Shown here: piece after piece, positions 30,515 to 39,595 of the stretch
Layout of the letters: every line of letters starts with the position of its first letter
How positions within the stretch are numbered: the first letter of the stretch is position 1
Origin: a virus
Taxonomy: Duplodnaviria; Heunggongvirae; Uroviricota; Caudoviricetes
Direction: 5' to 3' (one strand)
Virus record (IMG/VR): IMGVR_UViG_2541047944_000005
Span: 1 to 39,595 of that record
DNA length: 39,595 nt
The notes under the pieces: generated by a model
Database searches by the model: none
What the model saw: the letters and a program-made list of their open reading frames with translations, nothing else
What the model was told of the DNA's origin: nothing
Program-made: the position numbers and the translations under genes

Positions 30515-31009
30515 TCAAAACAGTCCTTTAACGGAGCTGGCCGCGCTGTTAAGGGATGATGTGACCTTATCTTTGAAGCCGGACAGCATATCACTGAACG
30601 ATGAGGATTGCAGGCGCTCTCGCAAATCCTCATCACAGCGTTCAAGGGTCAGTGAAAATTCTATCTTTTTCGCCTTACCGTAGCGATCAAACTCGGAGCG
30701 GGTCGTATTCGTTCCGGTCAGGACATACATGCCGTAAATCTGCCCGACACCATCAATCAGAGGCCAGGGGCGTCCTGTATATGCCTGCGTGGTCAGCAAC
30801 GAAAGCGACACTTCGCCACCTGTAATTTCAGGATAAAGCACACCAGAAAGAACGATGCGATCATCGCCTGCCCCGATATACTGCCAGCTTGCTGAACGGT
30901 TAACGCGTTCATTTTTCACATGCCGCCAGCTTTTGTTTTGCTGTAACTGCTGATGCGGCAGCGTGCGCAGCTCAAAAACAAACATGCCGTAGATCATCAT
31001 CATGGCCAT
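30515..31009 (-). CDS. U: tail protein, P2 gpU family
   Basis: 164 aa; N-terminus MF.VFEL.T.P......W.H and size match P2 U as recalled; immediately downstream of tape measure on the minus strand. Confidence 0.7.
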   Translation of the reverse strand: MAMMMIYGMFVFELRTLPHQQLQQNKSWRHVKNERVNRSASWQYIGAGDDRIVLSGVLYPEITGGEVSLSLLTTQAYTGRPWPLIDGVGQIYGMYVLTGTNTTRSEFDRYGKAKKIEFSLTLERCDEDLRERLQSSSFSDMLSGFKDKVTSSLNSAASSVKGLF

Positions 31010-31015
31010 GACTCC

Positions 31016-33832
31016 TCAATCTTTATCGTAAAAACTGCCACGCCCGGCACGGGCGCGCCGTTCCGTTTCTGCCCTGACCATTTCACCGACCAGTTTCGCC
31101 AGTTCGCGGGGATTCTGCGTAACAACGTTATGCAGATGAACATGAATTTCACCGCCAAATCCGGAGACAGCAGGCTCCCGGTTACGGGAAGCTGCAGGAA
31201 CTGATGCCACTGGCGATCGTATGGCCTCCGCCACCGAGCGGGAGCTGGCCGCAACAACAGGGACCAGCGCCGGAGGCAGCGGAGCCGGGACTACGGGTGT
31301 GATATTAATTGCGGGGGCAGGCTTACTGACCTGCGCAATCTTCCGCTCCTGCCACTCCCCACGAACAGCCAGTGCGCGGGGCAGGTTCTTAAAGACAATA
31401 TCGCCGGGGCCAATGCGTTTTTTCGTCTCATCAACCAGCTTACCTGTGTTATCAGCAATTTTGCTGAGTCTGCGTAGCGTCCCGGTATTGCTGTCTGTGA
31501 GCGGTTTGTTGTCTTTGGGTTTATCACCTCCGGTGCCATTGCCATTTTCCACAGGCTTCGGCGGATTGATTTTCGCAAGGTCCCCCTGAAGCAAGGCAAC
31601 CTTGTCCTGAAGAATGGCCGCACGCTGTGCGTCTTCGATTTTCTTGCGCGCCTTTTCCGCTTCATCCGGAAGGACGCCAAGTTTTTCAAGTATCCACGCC
31701 AGCGTATCCAGTAGCATTTTTGCAGGTGTCAGAACAAGCTGTAACGCACCGCCAAGAACGTTACCGAATATCTCGCCAGCACTGGTACATTTATCCAGCG
31801 TTTCCTTGCTGGACTCCATCGGTGACAGCAGCGATTTAAACCAGTTAAACACCTGGCTGATCCCGCTTCCGATTGCGTCAAAAACAGGACCAAACCGTTC
31901 AAAGGTTTCGCGCAACGGGGTCAGCCTTTCCATAATCCCGCTGAACACCCCGGCAAAAAATGCCCTGATGGGATCCCAGTATTTCCAGATAAGAACGGCA
32001 GCTCCGGTAAGCGCAGCCACGATAAGACCAACCGGACTGAACAGCGCCCCGATAGCGCCTCCCAGTAAAGAAACGGAACCCGTCACCATTCCCCATAGTG
32101 CTGGCAGGACCCTGACAGCATTCATTGATCCGGTCAGGAGAGAAAAACCAAGACGCAGTTTTGCCAGCGGACCAGCAAGCACACCAATAGCCAGCGACAA
32201 CGAGCCAACCGTTGCAGTCATTGCCAGCAACGCACCGCCTGCTATCAGTAGCTGGCGCGTCAGTGCCGGATGGGCCTGCGCCAGCGCCGTCACCCTTGAT
32301 ACCACCCGCGTGAGCCACTGCGTGACAGAACGCAGCGGACCGTCAATCAGATCTGCAATGCGGATGCGCAACCCTTCCCATGCACTGCCGAGTGATTTCA
32401 GATCGCCGTCAAGGTTGTTGGCCATAACCTTTGCTGTGCGTTCAGCCTCACCGCGCGCGCCTTCAAGTTCTTTTCTCAGTTTGGGTAAGGAACCGTCACC
32501 CGCTGCATCAACGAGCGCCATAAACGATGTGAAAGCCTCTTCTCCGGCAATGTCCTTAAAGAACGATACCCGGTCAACTTCCCCGTATTTGCGGGTGGCT
32601 TTATAAAGGTCGGCCAGCACATCCTCCATCGGGCGCATTTTGCCCCCGGCATCCGAGACAGACACGCCCAGCTCTTTCAGCGCCTCTGCTGCCGCCTTTG
32701 GCGGTGATGCCAGACGAGCCAGGCTGGCACGCATTGCCGTCCCGGCATCACTTCCCCTGATACCCATATTCGCCAGCACGCCCGCCATCGCTGCGGCCTG
32801 CTCCAGCGATATTCCCAGCTTGCCCGCCACCGGACCTGCATATTTCATGGTTTCGCCCAGTGCGCGAAGGTCAGTGTTGGTACGGGTAAACGCTGCGGTG
32901 AGTGTGTCACCGACCCGGTCCATCTGGTCAGCAGAAAGGCCGAACTGCGTCAGGATATTTGAGCCAATATCTGCCGTCTCGCCGAGATCCATACCGCCAG
33001 CCGTTGCCATGCTCAGCACGCCGGGAAGCGCAGCCTGAATGGCCTGCGGAGTGAAGCCAGCCATTGCAAGAAATGCCTGCCCACTGGCGGCATCGCCTGC
33101 GGTGAACTGCGTTTCAGAGCCAAGTTTTAACGCCTGCTCACGCAACGCCTTAAACTGCGGGCTGTTCTGGTCGATTCGCGTCAGTGCCTGAACGCGGGAC
33201 ATCTCTTTCCCGAACCCGATCGCAGGCTGCAAAAAACGCCCGGCAGCATAGCCGCCAGCCGCTGCCGCACCAATTGCCAGCGCACCACCTGTTTTCAGTT
33301 TTCCCGCGGTTTCCTGCGCGCGCGAATACCGCTCACGCGCCCGCGTTACACGCGCAAGCGCCTGCCGTTCGCGTTCAAGCTGGTTGTTGTACTGTTCGGT
33401 GCGTCTGATGGCCTGCTGGATGGTGTTATCGCTGCCTGTCAGGGAAATGCCGTGGCGTTTCAGCTCTCCGCCAAGCTCCCGCATTTTCTGAATTTCCCGT
33501 GTGCGCGATTCATTCAGGCGTTCAAGCCGGGTGCTTAACTGCTGCATCAGCTTTTGTTGTTTTTCGCTGAGCACTGTACCCGTGCGTTGTAACTGATTAA
33601 GGGCGTTAAGCTGGCGTCGTGCTTTCACGATGCCAGCATCCGCTTTACTGACAGCGTCACGGGCGCGCTCAAATGAACGCGCCTGACGCTCGAGATTTTT
33701 GATCGCCCCCTGCGTTCGCTGGATGGAGTCACCAAACTGCCCCATCAGGCGGCGGGCGTTTTCGGCAGGCCGGGTCAGCCTGTCAACGGCGCTGAAAGCG
33801 ACCCGGATATCAAGAGTCTTCATTATCTGCAT
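31016..33832 (-). CDS. T: tail tape measure protein, P2 gpT family
   Basis: 938 aa; long coiled-coil N-terminal third, Gly/Ala-rich hydrophobic middle, position between E/E' and U. Confidence 0.8.
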   Translation of the reverse strand: MQIMKTLDIRVAFSAVDRLTRPAENARRLMGQFGDSIQRTQGAIKNLERQARSFERARDAVSKADAGIVKARRQLNALNQLQRTGTVLSEKQQKLMQQLSTRLERLNESRTREIQKMRELGGELKRHGISLTGSDNTIQQAIRRTEQYNNQLERERQALARVTRARERYSRAQETAGKLKTGGALAIGAAAAGGYAAGRFLQPAIGFGKEMSRVQALTRIDQNSPQFKALREQALKLGSETQFTAGDAASGQAFLAMAGFTPQAIQAALPGVLSMATAGGMDLGETADIGSNILTQFGLSADQMDRVGDTLTAAFTRTNTDLRALGETMKYAGPVAGKLGISLEQAAAMAGVLANMGIRGSDAGTAMRASLARLASPPKAAAEALKELGVSVSDAGGKMRPMEDVLADLYKATRKYGEVDRVSFFKDIAGEEAFTSFMALVDAAGDGSLPKLRKELEGARGEAERTAKVMANNLDGDLKSLGSAWEGLRIRIADLIDGPLRSVTQWLTRVVSRVTALAQAHPALTRQLLIAGGALLAMTATVGSLSLAIGVLAGPLAKLRLGFSLLTGSMNAVRVLPALWGMVTGSVSLLGGAIGALFSPVGLIVAALTGAAVLIWKYWDPIRAFFAGVFSGIMERLTPLRETFERFGPVFDAIGSGISQVFNWFKSLLSPMESSKETLDKCTSAGEIFGNVLGGALQLVLTPAKMLLDTLAWILEKLGVLPDEAEKARKKIEDAQRAAILQDKVALLQGDLAKINPPKPVENGNGTGGDKPKDNKPLTDSNTGTLRRLSKIADNTGKLVDETKKRIGPGDIVFKNLPRALAVRGEWQERKIAQVSKPAPAINITPVVPAPLPPALVPVVAASSRSVAEAIRSPVASVPAASRNREPAVSGFGGEIHVHLHNVVTQNPRELAKLVGEMVRAETERRARAGRGSFYDKD

Positions 33833-34078
33833 TCCCGCTGCGAAGTGCCGCCCGCTCGCGCCAGCTAACCACTTCGCCGGGCGTCATCATGAAGATTTCG
33901 GCGGGCGACCAGTTAAAAATGGCGGCAATATCCGCCACCAGATCTTCGATGTGCTCAAAGCACACCAGGGTGATTACGCTGCCGTCTCCTGCACGCTCTT
34001 CGCGCCAGAGTCTGGCTCGCTCATAAAATTTACAGCCACAGCGCACAACTGAATAAAATCGCGTGACGACATTTTTTT
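33810..34078 (-). CDS. tail chaperone E' extension (reached by -1 frameshift from E)
   Basis: Second frame is open from about the slippery run to 33810, overlapping the T start; the shift direction matches a -1 slip. Shift site assigned to the T7 run 34072-34078 (A7 on coding strand). Confidence 0.45.
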
Positions 34079-34348
34079 AATCATCACTTCATCCAGTCGT
34101 GGCGAGGTCACGCGAGGCAACAGCGTAAACATGGTATCCGCTTTCAGATTCAGCACATCAGACAGCGACAGACCACGCAGGGATCCAGCCTGCTCAATAG
34201 CCCCGGTGATCTCCACATACGTGATTTTTTCGCCACCACGCTCAATTGGTCGGGTCAGTTTTACGCCACGTTCGACAGCCATATCCTCACCTGCCGTCAC
34301 ATCATCCGCCACGGTGTTATTCCGGGTTTCAGTATCGATGTCTTTCAT
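33974..34348 (-). CDS. E: tail assembly chaperone, P2 gpE family
   Basis: 124 aa between tube gene FII and tape measure; contains the A7 slippery run. Confidence 0.65.
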   Translation of the reverse strand: MKDIDTETRNNTVADDVTAGEDMAVERGVKLTRPIERGGEKITYVEITGAIEQAGSLRGLSLSDVLNLKADTMFTLLPRVTSPRLDEVMIKKMSSRDFIQLCAVAVNFMSEPDSGAKSVQETAA

Positions 34349-34403
34349 CAGTTGTCTCCTTTTCAGTCAGAGGCGACGCACTGCGCCGCCTGCATATTAC
34401 TTA

Positions 34404-34916
34404 TCAGCCAAGCCCAAGCGCGGAACGGATACGGTCAGGCACAATGTCCTTGCCGTCCTTCCGGTAGATGTGGTTCAACAGGTCGATTTCCCACAGCGGG
34501 CGATCGTTAACGCTCAGCTTGTAGTAGGTGTTTTTGACAGCGTAAGTGTGTGATGTGGCTTCGCCCTGTTTGGCTTCCCCCATATCAATTTCCGTCACAC
34601 GCCCGCGCATCTCGATTTCATACAGATCGCTTTCTGCATCGGTGTAGTATTCACCCGCAAAACGCAGCAGCGTGCCGTCAATCGTGCCGCCATATTTAAG
34701 GAACAGCGCACGAACAGCTCCCCCCATGACAAAACTCGCATCAAGCGCGGAGTCGTCCAGACCGAGATCAATACTTACCGCCCCCATCATGCCACCACCA
34801 CGATAGCTGTCGGTTTTGCGCGTCAGTTTGGGCGGCGTGACGGATGTCACTTTACCCACTTCGTTTTCACCATCCACAAACAACGTAAAAAAGCGAAGAT
34901 GTTTTGGTACAGCCAT
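34404..34916 (-). CDS. FII: tail tube protein, P2 gpFII family
   Basis: 170 aa; size and position after sheath gene match P2 FII. Confidence 0.8.
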   Translation of the reverse strand: MAVPKHLRFFTLFVDGENEVGKVTSVTPPKLTRKTDSYRGGGMMGAVSIDLGLDDSALDASFVMGGAVRALFLKYGGTIDGTLLRFAGEYYTDAESDLYEIEMRGRVTEIDMGEAKQGEATSHTYAVKNTYYKLSVNDRPLWEIDLLNHIYRKDGKDIVPDRIRSALGLG

Positions 34917-36100
34917 CAGGCACCTCCCAGCACCGCAAATGCGGGACCAAAGAATTCATCAGTAAACGTCTGGTAAAGCTCCATGTCTTCCAGCGGGGGA
35001 ACAGGCGTATATTTGTAGCGAATACGCACACGTCCCTGACGTAAATTCGTGGTGCCGTTATCCACCACGTCATACCAGCACTCCGCACCAATCAGTTTCC
35101 CGGCAGTAACCAGCGAATCCAGTTTTGCCCTGATGGCGCTGATAACATCCTTCACGTTCGCAGGTGTCAGTGGACTGTCGATGGTTTCAAACTGCGCTTC
35201 CGCAATTGAATCAGCCAGCACCTGTGCGGTTCGGGTATACACCTCAAAGATGTAGGCGTTCGTTTCCGGTGTGCGGTTGCCCCAGAAGCGGAACCCGTTG
35301 CGACGAATAATGGTCGTGATTTCTTTGTTGTTGAGGCTGTTGGCATCGCTGTCTTCGGCCTGCAACGACCAGAACACATGCCTGGACATTCCCAGCACAT
35401 TTTTAACCGGAACGTTGGACAGCGATTTGTGCCAGCCCTGCTCATGGTCAATGTACGCACGAAGGCCGCACGCATAGGCAGGCGCGGGGAACGTTTCGTT
35501 TTTGCCACTTTTCGGGTTGTAGGCGATGAAGTCCGGCCATAAGAGCATCACCTCACGTTCGTTGAATTTCTGGCGGTAGGTAATCGCCTCAGCCATCGTG
35601 TTACAGCCGTGACATGAGGCATACACAAACGCGCGCAGTTTACCTGCAATCACGCACAGGGATTTTGTTACAGCCTCCGTGTCCAGCTCCGGCGCGGCCA
35701 GAATACGCGGACGGTATCCGATGCTTTCATCCTGCTCTGCAACAAGCAGCGCATACATCCCCGTATAGCTGCCGTCATCCTCAGAACCACCGATAACCAG
35801 TTGATCCTGCGTCTTTCCGTCTTCTTCTTTGTGTTCAGCCACGCGAACGACGATCACCTTTGTGCTCACCTGGTCTGCGATGGCCTTAAGCGCACGATAA
35901 AGCGTCCCCGTTGTCCCGCATTTTCCCAGCACGTCATTGACGCGGGTCAGCAGTGTGGGCTTATTCAGCGGGAACAGCTTCGCGTCCGCATCATCCGCCG
36001 TTGCCACGATACCGATAACGCTGGAATCAACATCGTTAATCGCTGTTACCAGGTCGGTATTTTCCGTAACACGGGCACCATGAAAACGAGTTTCACTCAT
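34916..36100 (-). CDS. FI: contractile tail sheath protein, P2 gpFI family
   Basis: 394 aa; segments LRAFVYASCHG, EQGWHKSLSNV, FRFWGNRT, YTPVPPLE parallel P2 FI as recalled. Confidence 0.85.
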   Translation of the reverse strand: MSETRFHGARVTENTDLVTAINDVDSSVIGIVATADDADAKLFPLNKPTLLTRVNDVLGKCGTTGTLYRALKAIADQVSTKVIVVRVAEHKEEDGKTQDQLVIGGSEDDGSYTGMYALLVAEQDESIGYRPRILAAPELDTEAVTKSLCVIAGKLRAFVYASCHGCNTMAEAITYRQKFNEREVMLLWPDFIAYNPKSGKNETFPAPAYACGLRAYIDHEQGWHKSLSNVPVKNVLGMSRHVFWSLQAEDSDANSLNNKEITTIIRRNGFRFWGNRTPETNAYIFEVYTRTAQVLADSIAEAQFETIDSPLTPANVKDVISAIRAKLDSLVTAGKLIGAECWYDVVDNGTTNLRQGRVRIRYKYTPVPPLEDMELYQTFTDEFFGPAFAVLGGA

Positions 36101-36257
36101 AGCTTCAGCCCCTTGTATCCGTTAAATGATTCGGCAACAATCATCACCCACCACGCGCGTAATCTCACCCCTGCGCCGTTCTCCCGACCCAGCGACAACA
36201 AAAAGCAGTAACCCCCTCCGCACGCACATGCGACCATGCCGCACAGGGAGGGAACAG

Positions 36258-37367
36258 ATGACCGACACCACCATGCAATTGCTCAGTCAGAGCACAGACC
36301 CCGTGAAAATGCCGGATTTTGATATTCTCGCGGAGGGTAAAACGCTGTCAGGCGTGGCAGAGCGCCTGATGAGCCTGTCACTGACCGACAACCGGGGATT
36401 TGAGGCGGACCAGCTCACCATCACGCTGGATGATGCGGATGGTCAGTTGCAGCTACCGCCACGGGGCGCGCGCCTGACGGTTCTCATTGGCTGGAAAGGA
36501 GAACCGCTGACAGAAAAAGGCACTTACATTGTTGATGAAATCGCTCACGAAGGACCGCCGGACAGGCTGACTGTTTCAGCCAGAAGCGCAGATTTTCGGG
36601 ATGAATTTAACGTTAAACGTGAGGTGTCCTGGCATGATGTGACCGTTGAGCGTGTGGTATCCGCCATCGCTCATCGGTATGGTCTGAAACCACAAATCAG
36701 CGAAATGCTGATGGATATCGAAATCGACCACGCCGACCAGACCGAAGAAAGCGACATGTCCTTCCTTACGCGCATGGCGGAAATGCTGGGCGCAATCACC
36801 ACGGTAAAAAGCGGCAATCTGTTATTCATCATGCCAGGTGGTGGCGTGAACGCACAGGGCCAGCCGTTGCCCTCGTTCGCCATTACACGCAGCAGCGGCG
36901 ATCGCCATCAGTTCCGTATTGCTGACCGCGAGGCGTATACGGGGGTACGCGCCTACTGGCTTGATCTTAATTACGGGAAAAAGAAAAAAGTCAGCGTGAA
37001 ACGCCGCAAACCACCAAAACCCCAAAAGGAGAAAAGCAGCAGCCGTGAAGGAGATTATATGGAAGGCGCGGAAGGCAATGTGTTTGTGTTACGCAAGACC
37101 TATCAGAACGAACAGGCAGCAAGACGCGCAGCGGCGGCAAAGTGGCAGCAACTACAACGCGGAGCCGCATCATTCTCCATCACGCTGGCGCGTGGACGTG
37201 CAGAACTCTACCCCGAAATGCATGGTACGGTAACAGGATTTAAAAGCGAGATTGATAATCAGGACTGGATCATTGCAAAAGCCGAGCACACCATTGATAA
37301 CAGCGGCTTTACCACGCAGCTTGAGCTTGAAGCAAAAATCCCGGAATGGATAGCAGAAACAGAGTGA
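36258..37367 (+). CDS. D: tail protein D (late control gene D family)
   Basis: 369 aa from ATG 36258 after GGGAGGG RBS (track ORF starts earlier); size and position before ogr as P2 D. Confidence 0.75.
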   Translation: MTDTTMQLLSQSTDPVKMPDFDILAEGKTLSGVAERLMSLSLTDNRGFEADQLTITLDDADGQLQLPPRGARLTVLIGWKGEPLTEKGTYIVDEIAHEGPPDRLTVSARSADFRDEFNVKREVSWHDVTVERVVSAIAHRYGLKPQISEMLMDIEIDHADQTEESDMSFLTRMAEMLGAITTVKSGNLLFIMPGGGVNAQGQPLPSFAITRSSGDRHQFRIADREAYTGVRAYWLDLNYGKKKKVSVKRRKPPKPQKEKSSSREGDYMEGAEGNVFVLRKTYQNEQAARRAAAAKWQQLQRGAASFSITLARGRAELYPEMHGTVTGFKSEIDNQDWIIAKAEHTIDNSGFTTQLELEAKIPEWIAETE

Positions 37368-37409
37368 GCAACTTAGAATAGCGGCAGCACCACGTTAAGG
37401 GAGGTCGCT

Positions 37410-37670
37410 ATGTTCCGTTGTCCGCTTTGTGGCGCATCTGCCCGTATCCGCACCAGTCGTTCGGAAAATGATTCAAACACCGTACGGAAAAAATATTACC
37501 AGTGTAACAACCTGGAATGCGGCATAAGTTTCTCAACACTGGAAGCTTTCCATAAATTCACATCGAAACACGCCCCCGGCGTTCACTCTTCAGAAGGTAT
37601 CCCGTGGCATGAGTTGCCAGCTTCACACAGGGGAAACAATCAGATGAGTTTGCCTTTATCTCAGAATTAA
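37410..37670 (+). CDS. ogr: Ogr/Delta-family zinc-finger late transcription activator
   Basis: MFRCPLCGASARIRTSR...YYQCNNLECGISF matches the P2 Ogr Cys4 motif as recalled (MFHCPLCQHAAHARTSR...YHQCQNVNCSATF); AAGGGAGG RBS. Confidence 0.8.
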   Translation: MFRCPLCGASARIRTSRSENDSNTVRKKYYQCNNLECGISFSTLEAFHKFTSKHAPGVHSSEGIPWHELPASHRGNNQMSLPLSQN

Positions 37671-37861
37671 CAGGCAGAATTGCCGGAGTAACAAAAAAGC
37701 GATAGATTACGCGCGGGTGCCTTTCGGCTGATGGTCGGAGGGAATACCCGAAGGCCGGATGTGGAAAGGCCCCGGAAAACATCTCTGTTTAACCGAGGCC
37801 CTAACATATCTACCTTAAGCAAGTGATAGGTTAGCGCCTCTCCAACAAAGGAGCAAGCGCT

Positions 37862-38002
37862 ATGTCGCAAAAATCGCTTACGGCCATCACGTTCTGCGTG
37901 ACGGTAATCCTCATAATCTGGATGCTGCACGGTTCGCTGTGTGAAATACGGATGAGCTTCTGGGGAGCGGAGTTTGCGGCGTTCTTACAGTGTAAGCAGT
38001 AA
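37862..38002 (+). CDS. Hok/Gef-family type I toxin peptide
   Basis: Hand-translated 46 aa MSQKSLTAITFCVTVILIIWMLHGSLCEIRMSFWGAEFAAFLQCKQ: TM helix, SLCEIR and AAF motifs as in Hok/Gef; GC-rich fold-back-prone leader 37700-37860. Confidence 0.65.
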   Translation: MSQKSLTAITFCVTVILIIWMLHGSLCEIRMSFWGAEFAAFLQCKQ

Positions 38003-38088
38003 GGAAACCGCGACGGGGGAGCAATCCCCCGTCAATCGGTTGCCAGGGTAAGGTCGATAAGGCACCCTATCTCACAGACATGAACAAC

Positions 38089-38122
38089 AAACCCGCAGCG
38101 TAAAAACTGCGGGTTTTCTTTT
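38089..38122 (+). terminator. intrinsic terminator after the hok-like gene
   Basis: aacccgcag-cgtaaaaa-ctgcgggtt followed by TTCTTTTT. Confidence 0.55.
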
Positions 38123-38153
38123 TGGTTCCCTCACTCATGAGGACACCAAAAAC

Positions 38154-38184
38154 AAAGCCCACAGCATAGAATGCTGTGGGCTTT
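38154..38184. terminator. bidirectional intrinsic terminator, probable serS terminator
   Basis: aaagcccacagcat-agaa-tgctgtgggcttt flanked by A-run upstream and T-run downstream. Confidence 0.5.
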
Positions 38185-38302
38185 TTGCATTCAAAGATGG
38201 ACGTTATATGGACACTTAAAAATAAAATCCATTTATTTTCAAATAATTAAACTTCTACTTAAAGCGCCCGCAGGCGCTTTTTAGATTCAGAAAAATTGGG
38301 TA

Positions 38303-39595
<1,293 letters not shown>

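Noticed and set aside
31221-33038. Plus-strand ORFs of 122-330 aa
   Set aside because: Antisense to the tape measure gene T; Ser/Ala/Pro-rich artefacts.
30489-36257. Secondary invertase crossover sites flanking the inverted FI-U block
   Set aside because: A partial TTAATCAAAACA half-site-like string occurs at 30511-30522 but no matching partner exists at the FI/D junction.
37671-38302. tRNA gene at the prophage attachment site
   Set aside because: No cloverleaf-compatible sequence or T-loop motif was seen by eye between ogr and serS; the integration site cannot be assigned from this window.

Overview
Nearly the whole window is a P2-family (Peduovirus-like) myovirus prophage in an enterobacterial chromosome, ending beside host serS (38303-39595, minus). 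All calls come from reading the ORF translations and the DNA by eye; no database search was run. Order left to right: int(-), C-type repressor(-), a rightward early operon of small ORFs including an SPFH lipoprotein, replication initiator A, an accessory cargo island (parM/parR-like pair, a small protein carrying a ClpX-type zinc-binding domain, phd-doc, an orphan 174-aa gene), portal Q and terminase P (P is split by a complete 1954-bp IS100-like IS21-family element with a 6-bp target duplication), capsid genes O-N-M-L, lysis cassette, tail and baseplate genes R-S-V-W-J-I-H, a three-cassette invertible tail-fibre tip segment with a Hin/Gin-family invertase, the sheath-tube-tape-measure block FI-FII-E-T-U in inverted orientation relative to canonical P2 order, then D, ogr, a hok-family toxin gene and terminators. 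The best candidates for something undescribed are the cargo between A and Q (parMR plus the ClpX zinc-finger mimic) and the SPFH pair in the early operon; neither can be assigned a function from sequence alone. No rRNA, tRNA or CRISPR array was found.
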